Assembly: GCA_934613415.1 (NCBI GenBank)
Contig: CAKTSY010000002.1
Coordinates: forward strand, 120,001-152,000
DNA from: an uncultured Opitutales bacterium
GTDB taxonomy: Bacteria; Verrucomicrobiota; Verrucomicrobiia; Opitutales; Intestinicryptomonadaceae
Reading direction: 5' to 3'
Length of the DNA stretch: 32,000 nt
Under the pieces are notes generated by a model that was given only the letters and a program-made list of their open reading frames with translations, had not been told where the DNA came from and ran no database searches. The translations under genes were made by a program, and so were the position numbers. Each line of letters begins with the position of its first letter. Position 1 is the first letter of the stretch. Shown here piece by piece: positions 8,898 to 17,127 of the stretch.

Positions 8898-9911
8898 ATG
8901 GAACGCAACGGCATTTTGGGTGCCGGCACATGGGTTGTAGACCATATAAAAATGGTAGACGAGTGGCCGGCGCAAGACACTTTGTGCACCGTTTTATCGA
9001 GCAAACCTGCCAACGGCGGCTTGCCGTATAACGTGCTTAAAGATTTGTCGAAAATGAATTTTCCTGCTCCATTGCAAGGGGGCGGCTTGCTTGGCAACGA
9101 CGTAGACGGCAAGTTTATAGAAAACGACTGCAAAGCCCACAATATAGACACTTCGCTTTTCGTGTTTTCAGACGAGGCTGCAACGTCTTTTACCGATGTA
9201 ATGACGGTGCAAAGCACGGGGCGCAGAACCTTTTTCCATAACCCGGCCAGCAACGATTTGCTAAAGCCAGAGCATATAAAGCTTGAAAATTCGAACGCAA
9301 AAATATTTTTGGAGGGCTATTTCGGCCTGCACAAGAATATGGATGCAATAGACGAAAACGGGGAAACTGGGCACTCGAAAGTCTTTAAAAAAGCAAAGGA
9401 ATTGGGCTTTATAACGGCGGCCGACCTTGTAAGCAAAAAGATGGATTTCGAAAAGGCTACAAAGTCTTCGTTGCCCTACTTAGACTATCTTTCGCTTAAC
9501 GAAATAGAGCTTAGAATGCTTGTCGGCAAAGCTGCCGAAGATATTTCGAACATAAAAGACGAAAGCGCCCTTAAAAAGTGTGCCAGCATTGTTTTAGGCC
9601 GCGGCATAAACAAATATATGGTAGTGCATTTCCCCGAATGCGTTTACGCCTTCGGTCAAGACGGTACTATTGCAAAGTGCACAAGCATAGATTTCCCCCG
9701 CAAGCTTATAAAGGGCGCGGTGGGCGCGGGAGACGCAATGTATGCGGGCATTTTGTTTGGCGTTCACGAAGGATGGGATATTTCCGATAGTCTTAAAATG
9801 GGCGTGTGCGCCGCAACGCAGTGCCTTACAAACGCGGCGGCTTCCGACGGTATGGTAGACTGGCGCGAATGTCTTAAACTCCCCGAAATTTACGGGTACG
9901 AAAAATTCTAG
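8898..9911 (+). CDS. PfkB-family (ribokinase-like) sugar or sugar-phosphate kinase
   Basis: N-terminal GILGAGTWVVDH and C-terminal GAVGAGDAMYAGILFG (PfkB signature 2). Starts 3 nt after the upstream stop. Confidence 0.88.
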   Translation: MERNGILGAGTWVVDHIKMVDEWPAQDTLCTVLSSKPANGGLPYNVLKDLSKMNFPAPLQGGGLLGNDVDGKFIENDCKAHNIDTSLFVFSDEAATSFTDVMTVQSTGRRTFFHNPASNDLLKPEHIKLENSNAKIFLEGYFGLHKNMDAIDENGETGHSKVFKKAKELGFITAADLVSKKMDFEKATKSSLPYLDYLSLNEIELRMLVGKAAEDISNIKDESALKKCASIVLGRGINKYMVVHFPECVYAFGQDGTIAKCTSIDFPRKLIKGAVGAGDAMYAGILFGVHEGWDISDSLKMGVCAATQCLTNAAASDGMVDWRECLKLPEIYGYEKF

Positions 9912-9914
9912 AAA

Positions 9915-10898
9915 ATGAAATCGTTAGACTTAAAAATATCAAAAATATTAAAGGGCGACACCAACCCAAAAAACTTCATAATTGCCGACGCAAAAGACGC
10001 CGATATGGCAAACGGCATATATTCGGGCGGCTTTGATGGAACAACGGGAGCTTCCCGCAATATGGACGCCTATCGCGAACAAATCCGCAGGGTTATAAAG
10101 CAGGGCATTGTAGACATTATGCTTATGTCGGCCTCGAATTTGGAGATTCTTGCAAAGGAGGAGGGCTTGTTTAAAAACAGCAAAATTACGCCCGCCGCCC
10201 GCGGCAACGACACAACAGACATTTGGGTCTGCCGGAATTCGTGCTATACAAAAGAGCCTTCAAGAGCCTTTTCGAGCGCAAGCATAGATTCCATAAAAAA
10301 AGCCGGTGCCGACTTGGCGTTGTATTCGGTTACATTCAACAACCGCTTGGAACAAGACTACGAGGCCCTTACAAAACTTAAAGCCTTTAGGGAGGAGGCA
10401 GAAGCCAAAAAGTTTAGGTACTTTTTGGAGGTGTTTAACCCCAACGCCCTAAACGGCATTAAGGAAAAGGATATGCCTTTTTATGTTAACGACTGCATTG
10501 CAAGGTGCTTGGCGGGCGCTGTAAAAGCTCAACGCCCCTTGTTCCTAAAAATTGCCTACAATGGCCCAAAGGCAATGGAAGAGCTTGCTAGCTACGACAG
10601 CCGCCTAATTGTGGGCATTTTGGGCGGAAGCTCGGGCACTACTATGGACGCCTTTACGTTGCTGCACGATGCGCAAAAATACGGAGCAAAAGTGGCGTTG
10701 TTCGGACGCAAGATAAACAATTCGCAGTCGCCGTTGCATTTTATTGAATGCTTAAGGGGCGTTGCCGACGGCGAGCTTAGTCCCAAAGATGCGGTAAAAC
10801 TTTATCACGACAAAATGAAAAAAGTTGGCATAAAGCCAAAAGTTTCGCTGGCAAAAGACTTGGCTTTAAGCAACAAAGTTCTTCAAAGCTACGGTTAA
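9915..10898 (+). CDS. (beta/alpha)8-barrel protein resembling DhnA/FbaB/LsrF-type class I aldolases; function unproven
   Basis: 327 aa. LFLK(212)IAYNG resembles the Schiff-base Lys strand. GILGGSSG and GAKVALFGRKI resemble the phosphate-binding GG and GRN/K motifs of this aldolase family. Starts 3 nt after the kinase stop. Confidence 0.55.
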   Translation: MKSLDLKISKILKGDTNPKNFIIADAKDADMANGIYSGGFDGTTGASRNMDAYREQIRRVIKQGIVDIMLMSASNLEILAKEEGLFKNSKITPAARGNDTTDIWVCRNSCYTKEPSRAFSSASIDSIKKAGADLALYSVTFNNRLEQDYEALTKLKAFREEAEAKKFRYFLEVFNPNALNGIKEKDMPFYVNDCIARCLAGAVKAQRPLFLKIAYNGPKAMEELASYDSRLIVGILGGSSGTTMDAFTLLHDAQKYGAKVALFGRKINNSQSPLHFIECLRGVADGELSPKDAVKLYHDKMKKVGIKPKVSLAKDLALSNKVLQSYG

Positions 10899-10957
10899 TT
10901 TTTTTGGTGTGAAGAAAGCAAGCTGCCAAAAGCGCGGCTTTCGGTTAAATAAAAATG

Positions 10958-10990
10958 GCCTGCGGTGTTTTTCGCCGCAGGCTTTCTTTT
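10958..10990 (+). terminator. Rho-independent terminator of the sugar operon
   Basis: GCCTGCGG (10958-10965) / CCGCAGGC (10975-10982) stem, followed by TTTCTTTT. Confidence 0.7.
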
Positions 10991-11095
10991 CTTTGTAAGA
11001 TTATTGTTATTTTATTGTTTGTGCTAAAATTTTGTTTGGCAGGTAATTTTTTGCGGTTTTAGAACAGGCGGATATATATACAAGTATATACAAAA

Positions 11096-12376
11096 ATGAA
11101 AACAAACTTAAAACTATTTGCTATAACTTTAACAATGCTCGGGGCGTTTGCTTCGGGTGCTTTTGCCGACTCGCAATATCTTTTGTACAAAGACGGCGAA
11201 ACGGTTTCGGGTATAACGGGTTCGGATTTGCAGGGTGTTTCTATTAAAAACAACTCTTCAATGACAAATTCGGACTTTTCGGGGGCTACAATAACTCCGC
11301 CAAACGAAAAGGACGAGGCTAACAGGCAAAAATATGCCATAAGCGTAAGGCAGGGCGGCAGCCTTAGCGACACAAAGTTCGACAACGCTGTTATAACCTG
11401 CGCTTACGAGAATCCCTGCTATGCCATCTGGCTTGGAGACAATACCAAGTTGGCAGACAAAGACTACGCAAACGCAACACTTACAAACGTAAGCTTTAAC
11501 GGCGTAAAGATTGACGTTGCCAACAACTATCCCATTGCAGCTTATCACAGCACTCTTACAAACGTTTCGTTCGACAACACCAAAATCAATTTTGGCACGG
11601 GCGACAATAAGGAAATGGGCGCATTCTGGCTTAGCTCGGTAAAAGCAAGGGATATGAGCTTTAGGAACGTTTCGATAACCCATAATTTTGCAAGCAATGC
11701 CGTGTTTGCAATATCGGGCAACCAGAATACCTGGACATCTATAAAAAATGCCGACTTTAGGGGCATGACCGTAAACGGCTCGCTGTTTACCAAAGAAAAC
11801 TTTGCTATAAGCGATGACGGAAGCAGAGCCGAAATTTGCAACGCAATTATGGGCAACGGCACAATATACAGCGCTGGCGTTTACGATTGGGATAGCTCCA
11901 AGCAAGAAGTTGAATTGCCGTTGAGCGCCGAAAATAAGGGACTTATTCTTGCAAATGCAAGCGACAAACTTACCATAAATGGCGGCAGCGCAACATTAGA
12001 CGTAGACTCTAAAGTAAGCAGCGGCAAAATAGTTTTAGAAAACGGCGGCAAGCTGGATATTGCCGATTCCGCAAAGCTTATTATAGACGGCGCGCTTGAA
12101 TTTATTGTAGATAGCGAAAATGTTGATTTGGCCGATATTATCGGTTTCGGCGAGGACGCAACAATAGTAATTGCCGATACTAAAGACCAGCAAGCGGCAT
12201 TGGACGCCTTTTTGGGTATGATTAAGTACGACGACAACGGCGAATTAAAGACTGCAACTGTAAGCGATTTGCAAAGCCTTTCGGGCAATATAGCGTCGGT
12301 TCCAGAACCCTCTACATGGGCGGCAATATTCGGCGCATTTGCGTTGGCTTTGGCTGTGTATAAACGTCGCAAATAA
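11096..12376 (+). CDS. Secreted repeat protein with a C-terminal PEP-CTERM sorting domain
   Basis: Signal peptide MKTNLKLFAITLTMLGAFASGAFA. Six copies of an (L/M)(T/S)(N/D)x(S/D/K)Fx(G/N)xx(I/V) motif. The C-terminus VPEPSTWAAIFGAFALALAVYKRRK has PEP, a TM helix and a basic tail. Confidence 0.85.
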   Translation: MKTNLKLFAITLTMLGAFASGAFADSQYLLYKDGETVSGITGSDLQGVSIKNNSSMTNSDFSGATITPPNEKDEANRQKYAISVRQGGSLSDTKFDNAVITCAYENPCYAIWLGDNTKLADKDYANATLTNVSFNGVKIDVANNYPIAAYHSTLTNVSFDNTKINFGTGDNKEMGAFWLSSVKARDMSFRNVSITHNFASNAVFAISGNQNTWTSIKNADFRGMTVNGSLFTKENFAISDDGSRAEICNAIMGNGTIYSAGVYDWDSSKQEVELPLSAENKGLILANASDKLTINGGSATLDVDSKVSSGKIVLENGGKLDIADSAKLIIDGALEFIVDSENVDLADIIGFGEDATIVIADTKDQQAALDAFLGMIKYDDNGELKTATVSDLQSLSGNIASVPEPSTWAAIFGAFALALAVYKRRK

Positions 12377-12398
12377 TTTTGCCTAACAGGCTTTAAAA

Positions 12399-12436
12399 AC
12401 AAAAAACCTTTCGGAGAGTTCCGAAAGGTTTTTTTG
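12399..12436. terminator. Bidirectional rho-independent terminator between convergent genes
   Basis: AACCTTTCGGA (12405-12415) / TCCGAAAGGTT (12420-12430), with an A-run upstream and a T-run downstream. Confidence 0.8.
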
Positions 12437-12457
12437 TATTCAGTGTTTCCTTAAAAA

Positions 12458-14374
12458 CTAGTCTAAGTATAGGAGGTTGAATTTTGTTTTTGCATGGTAG
12501 CTTTCTGAATAGTTTTGCCCGAAGTGCACCGAAGACTTTTTGTTGCCGTTGTCGAAGTCGGTTACATTCATTGCAAAGCCAATGCCCAAGCCCTTTTCGA
12601 AGGCAAGCAGCCCCAAGGTTTCGGGTTTTAGCTTTACAGTGTACACACAGCCGCCGTCTATTTTTTTGCAGCTTACCGAAAAGCCCGAAACGTCTTGGTT
12701 AAACTGCCTGTCTCTAAAGCGGTATTTGCCGTTGGGCGCAATTTTAACGGAGGTAGATTTGCCGAAAGTTTTGCTTTCTTTGTCTACAAAGAAAAACAGC
12801 ATTGCGTTGTCGCCATTGTTTATGTCTTTGTTTATTTCAACTTTTTGGTCTTTAATTGTAATTTGCAAGGCAAGCATATCTTTGTTGTAGCACGCCTTAA
12901 ACGATGCCGATAAATCCGATTTGTCGGGGGCTTTTTTGCCTTTCTTTGCAATAAGTTTATAGTCGGGCGAAGCGTTCGGGTCTTCCTTCGCAAAGGCGGC
13001 CATGGCGGGCATGTGCAAGGCTACTGGTCTTTCCCTTTCGCTTTCTACAAAAGGATATGTTGTTGTTTTTTCGTAGGTTAGTTTAGAAAGGTCGCCCCTT
13101 ACAATTAAAGGCCTTTGCCCTAGCGAAAAGTCTATTTTGTTGGGGACAAGCTTAGAGCCTTGCCTTATGCCAAAGGGCATACTTATTTTTTGCGAGCCAG
13201 CCAAATATAGCGTTAAGTCTTTTGGGTTTTGCTCGGTTGTGGCAAAGCGAACGCTTTCAATTTTGTCTTCGTTGCAGTTCCACATGGCAAGAATGTCTTC
13301 GTTGCCGAGCTTGTATTTAAGTATGTAAACATTGGGGTTGCCCGTGTCTATTTTGCATACAAAGTCGGCGTATTTTGCAATGTCGGCAACGCCGCTAATA
13401 GCGTAGTACGAAGGTTTGGGCGTAAAGTTTGCCCTTACCGTTCCGAAATTGTTTTCGGCGTTGCTTTCGTCTATGCCGTCGTCTTGGAAGTCGTACCACC
13501 AAATGCCTTTAAGCCACGGAATTGTGCGGGCCAAAAGATAAAGCCTTGCGGCGTAATCTGCGCTTTGGTTGTAGGAATAGCCAAGCCAAATTGTGGGGGT
13601 TGTAAAGCCCATTTCGGTTACAAACAAGTCTTTGTCTTTGCCATTGTTATATTTCCTTATTATGGGAGCTACTCTGTGGGCAAGTCTGCCATACCAGGCT
13701 TCGGGTGTGCGGTGAAGTTTGCCTTCGCTGTGGTTGTATGTGTGCAGGCTAAGAATGTCGCAGTAGTTCATTGTTCCGGCCTTAAGCATTTCTTCAAAAT
13801 CCTTATTGCCTCGGCAAATGCTGTTTATAACAACCTTGGCGTTTTTGTCCTGCTCTTTTATTGCCTTGTACGACGCCTTTAAAAGTTTTGCATAGCCGGC
13901 ATATGTTTGCTGACCATTAAACTTTGCAGGCATACCGCAGCCGCCGTCCCATTCGTTCCAGATTTGGAAGAACGAAGCCTTGCCCTTTAGATTTTTTGCC
14001 GCAAAGCCGCAAAATCTCGCAAAGGCTTTAACGCTTTCGTCGTCTTGCGGGAAGCCGCCGCCGTTTGCGTAGTTATGGTTGCCGTAGTCTAAAATTATAA
14101 GGGGGTTAAAGCCCGCGTCTTTAAGCGTACCTATATAGCCATAGCGTTCGTCCAAAACAAGCTCGCCTTTTTTTCTTTCGGCAACGCCCCAATAGAATTC
14201 GTCGCGTATGGAATTTATGCCGCCAAATTGCATAGATTCTATGCCCTTTTCTATAAAGCCCTTGTTTTGCCCGTAGTGGGTGTTTGTGCCTACATAGAAT
14301 TTCGGTTGAATGTCTTGCTGGGCAAAAAGGGTTGCAGCCGACAGCGCGCACAAAGTAAATATAAATTTTTTCAT
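12458..14374 (-). CDS. Secreted clan GH-A (TIM-barrel) glycoside hydrolase with C-terminal CBM9-like domain; family not assignable by eye
   Basis: Signal peptide MKKFIFTLCALSAATLFAQQ. Putative acid/base FQIWNEWDGGCGM and nucleophile LFVTEMGF. The C-terminal region (SASFKACYNKDMLALQITIKD ... GIGFAMNVTDFD) resembles family 9 carbohydrate-binding modules. Confidence 0.8.
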   Translation of the reverse strand: MKKFIFTLCALSAATLFAQQDIQPKFYVGTNTHYGQNKGFIEKGIESMQFGGINSIRDEFYWGVAERKKGELVLDERYGYIGTLKDAGFNPLIILDYGNHNYANGGGFPQDDESVKAFARFCGFAAKNLKGKASFFQIWNEWDGGCGMPAKFNGQQTYAGYAKLLKASYKAIKEQDKNAKVVINSICRGNKDFEEMLKAGTMNYCDILSLHTYNHSEGKLHRTPEAWYGRLAHRVAPIIRKYNNGKDKDLFVTEMGFTTPTIWLGYSYNQSADYAARLYLLARTIPWLKGIWWYDFQDDGIDESNAENNFGTVRANFTPKPSYYAISGVADIAKYADFVCKIDTGNPNVYILKYKLGNEDILAMWNCNEDKIESVRFATTEQNPKDLTLYLAGSQKISMPFGIRQGSKLVPNKIDFSLGQRPLIVRGDLSKLTYEKTTTYPFVESERERPVALHMPAMAAFAKEDPNASPDYKLIAKKGKKAPDKSDLSASFKACYNKDMLALQITIKDQKVEINKDINNGDNAMLFFFVDKESKTFGKSTSVKIAPNGKYRFRDRQFNQDVSGFSVSCKKIDGGCVYTVKLKPETLGLLAFEKGLGIGFAMNVTDFDNGNKKSSVHFGQNYSESYHAKTKFNLLYLD

Positions 14375-14400
14375 AATATATAAAATCCTTCAGGCTAAAG

Positions 14401-16467
14401 TTATTCGAGAATCATCATATAAAAACCGCTGGAGTTTGTAGCGTCGAAAGGCCCAACGCCGCGCCCCCACCTTATAAAGGCGTTTTCGGGGTTTGTTATG
14501 GCGGCGTCGTCGCTGTCGTGCGCAAAGAATGAGCCCGCTATTGTAGTTCCGCTTTCAAAGCTTTTTATGCCGAAAAATTCGGGCTTAAAGCTTATGGTAT
14601 ATTTTCTCTTGCCGTCTAAAACTTCGGTCTTTGCCGAAACGTATTCGGAATTTAAGCCCAAAACAACGGTCTTGCCGCCCAAGTGTATTACGGAGATTTT
14701 AGCGTTGTTTTCGACAAGCGTTTCGGGGTCTTTACTTTTAAATTCAAACAGCAGATAGTCGGAGCACTTGTAGTTGTTTTCGCTCTTTGCCTTAACGAAA
14801 ACGTTGTCGGTAATGTCTATGTTAAGGGTAAGCTCTTTTGTATTGTGGTTTGCCGAAAATTTGCCCGAAAGGTTCTTAAACATTTCGTCTTGATTTTCCT
14901 TTGTCTTTCTATTGTCGTAGCGGTTAAAGGAAATGTCTTCTACAATCGATTGCGCCGCGTTTTTGCGCACAACATATTTGTGGCGCGGCATAGAAAGCTC
15001 GCTTAGTGCCACGTTAAAGGGGTTTAGCTTTACGTCTACAATTTCGGCTTTCGAAAAGTCGCCCTTTAAGATAAGCGGCATATCCCTTGCGGTAAATTCA
15101 AGAATGTCGGCTTCAACTTTTGCATTGCGCTCTTTTAGCCAGTCGCGGCTGCCCCAAGTTTGGGTGCGTTCGGGGCTGCCTGCAATAAAGCTTTTAATTG
15201 CCTTTTTGTCTTTTGCCGAATTTTTAAATTTAATTACAGCCTCGCTGTTTTCGTCGGAATTCCAAACGGCAATAACATCTTCGCCGTTAAGCTTGAATTT
15301 AAGCATCCAAACGCTCGGGAATTTTTTAAACTCTACCTTTTCCACAAAGTCGCCCTTTGTTACTATGTCGGCAATGCTTTTTAGCGCAAAGTATGCCTGC
15401 TTGGGGGTAAAGTCTATTCTAATAAGCCCGAAGTTGTCTTCGTTATATTTATAGTCGGTGCCGTCGTCCTGGAAGTCGTACCACCACAAACCTTTTAGCC
15501 ACGGAAAACACCTTGCAAGCAAGTACACTTTGCAGCTTTCCTTTGCGGTTCTGTAGTAGTCGGAAAAACCGTTATGGTTTATTTGGTTTGGAAAACCCAT
15601 TTCGGTTACAAAGGTATATTTCGACTTGCCCGCATTGTGCTTTTTTATGATTTCGTCGACGCCTATCATTCGGAAATACCAGCTTTCGGCCGTGCCGTTG
15701 CGGTTTGAATAGTTGTAGGTGTGAATCGACAAAACGTCGCAGTCTTTAATTGTGCCCTTTGCCAGATATTCGTCGAAATAATTGTCGCCGCGGCAGATTG
15801 AATTTGCAACAACAATGGCGTTGGGGTTTGCTTCCTTGATTTTTTTATAGGTTTCTTTTAGCAATGCGGCATACCCTTCGGAAGTTTGCGTTCCGCGGAA
15901 CTTGCTCATGCCGCAGCCGCCGTCCCACTCGTTCCAAACCTGATAAAAAGGAATCTTTTCGCCGAAAGATTTTACCATAAACTCCGAAAAGTTGGCAAAG
16001 CCCTTGCGGCTTTCGTCGTCTTGCGGGTAGCCTCCGTTTAGGTAGTGGCGGTTGCCGTAGTCCAAAACGCAAAGCGAGGCAATGCCCATTTCGTAGGCGG
16101 CATCGACATAGTTTTGGGTGTGAGCGGGCATTTTATATACGCCTTTTTCCTGCTCTGTGCCGCCCCACGAAAGCTCGTCTCTTAAAGAGTTAAAGCCGCC
16201 CTGTTTTAAAAGCGAAAGGGATTTGCTTAAATAGCCCTTTCTTTGGGCAAAGTGGGTGTTTGCCCCCATGTAGAATTTTTCGGGGAATTTTAGGTTGCCA
16301 AGCTCGTTTTCGGTTTCGGCCTTTTTTTGCGTTTCAACCGTTTGGGCTTTTGCCGGTTTTTGTTGCGGGGCTTGGGTTGTTGCTTCCTTGCTCTTTTGCT
16401 GGCAGCCCGCAAAAATTAAAAGCGAAGCAATAGCCGCCAATGTCTGTATAAAAATTTTTGATTTCAT
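14401..16467 (-). CDS. Lipoprotein paralog of the adjacent clan GH-A glycoside hydrolase with CBM9-like tail
   Basis: Lipobox LLIFAGC followed by a Q/K/A/T-rich linker. Shares YQVWNEWDGGCGM, FVTEMGFP and WLKGLWWYDFQDDG with the 12458-14374 product, at roughly half identical residues by eye. Confidence 0.8.
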   Translation of the reverse strand: MKSKIFIQTLAAIASLLIFAGCQQKSKEATTQAPQQKPAKAQTVETQKKAETENELGNLKFPEKFYMGANTHFAQRKGYLSKSLSLLKQGGFNSLRDELSWGGTEQEKGVYKMPAHTQNYVDAAYEMGIASLCVLDYGNRHYLNGGYPQDDESRKGFANFSEFMVKSFGEKIPFYQVWNEWDGGCGMSKFRGTQTSEGYAALLKETYKKIKEANPNAIVVANSICRGDNYFDEYLAKGTIKDCDVLSIHTYNYSNRNGTAESWYFRMIGVDEIIKKHNAGKSKYTFVTEMGFPNQINHNGFSDYYRTAKESCKVYLLARCFPWLKGLWWYDFQDDGTDYKYNEDNFGLIRIDFTPKQAYFALKSIADIVTKGDFVEKVEFKKFPSVWMLKFKLNGEDVIAVWNSDENSEAVIKFKNSAKDKKAIKSFIAGSPERTQTWGSRDWLKERNAKVEADILEFTARDMPLILKGDFSKAEIVDVKLNPFNVALSELSMPRHKYVVRKNAAQSIVEDISFNRYDNRKTKENQDEMFKNLSGKFSANHNTKELTLNIDITDNVFVKAKSENNYKCSDYLLFEFKSKDPETLVENNAKISVIHLGGKTVVLGLNSEYVSAKTEVLDGKRKYTISFKPEFFGIKSFESGTTIAGSFFAHDSDDAAITNPENAFIRWGRGVGPFDATNSSGFYMMILE

Positions 16468-16484
16468 AGTGTGCTAAAAAGATG

Positions 16485-17060
16485 TTATTTTTTTGAGGGC
16501 TGTTTTTGCATATTGAATTTTGCAACATAAAATTCGGGCTTGTTAAGATTGTGGTGTAAATAGTCTATAACAAGCGAGTGGAAGCAAAGCGGGTAGTCTA
16601 TTTTGCCGTCTTTGTCTTTGCCCCACGATTCTATATTACCTTTTTTTGGGAATGTAAATTCAACCAAGGTCCATTGCCCGTCTTTTGGGAACGCCGAAGA
16701 CCTTATCTGGAACATTTCGCCCTTTGCGTCGGTAAAGCGCATTGCAGCCGAAGAAAAACAGTCGGACTGCGAAGAGAGTATGTAAAAGCTAAATTTAAGC
16801 GAGTCTAGCTCGCTTTTATTGTTGGCTACAACGGGCGTTTTTTTCGGGCCTATTTCCAAATACCACATTTTAGGCGCGGCATTTGCCGTAACTTTATATG
16901 CGTTGCCTATGTTTTTAGAATAGTCTTCTATAAGCTCTATTTCGTCGCCGCCAATGCACGAACGCCATTTTCTTTCAACGCCGAAATCGGCAAAATCGGC
17001 ACTTGCCGAAAGCGACAACCCGACAAATGCAAACAAAGCAAACGCTTTTTTGTAGTACAT
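16485..17060 (-). CDS. Small secreted protein of unknown function (beta-sandwich/CBM-like by composition); first gene of the GH operon
   Basis: I place the start at the internal ATG (17060), which has a GGAGG 5 nt upstream and yields a signal peptide MYYKKAFALFAFVGLSLSASA. The longer 17150 start adds a non-signal N-terminus across the promoter region. Confidence 0.65.
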   Translation of the reverse strand: MYYKKAFALFAFVGLSLSASADFADFGVERKWRSCIGGDEIELIEDYSKNIGNAYKVTANAAPKMWYLEIGPKKTPVVANNKSELDSLKFSFYILSSQSDCFSSAAMRFTDAKGEMFQIRSSAFPKDGQWTLVEFTFPKKGNIESWGKDKDGKIDYPLCFHSLVIDYLHHNLNKPEFYVAKFNMQKQPSKK

Positions 17061-17109
17061 AATTCCTCCCAATAATTTATTTGGTGTTTTGTTTAAATGT
17101 TTGGTTTCA

Positions 17110-17127
17110 GATAATGCAGACATTATC
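17110..17127. promoter_or_regulatory. Perfect inverted repeat in the divergent promoter region, candidate operator
   Basis: GATAATG (17110-17116) CAGA CATTATC (17121-17127), located between the divergent starts at 17060 and 17225. Confidence 0.3.

Noticed and set aside
11075-11090. Perfect palindrome TATATAC-AA-GTATATA just upstream of the PEP-CTERM gene ATG
   Set aside because: It consists of TA-repeat sequence in an AT-rich promoter/RBS region and is more likely a -10-like element or a chance palindrome. There is too little information to call it an operator.
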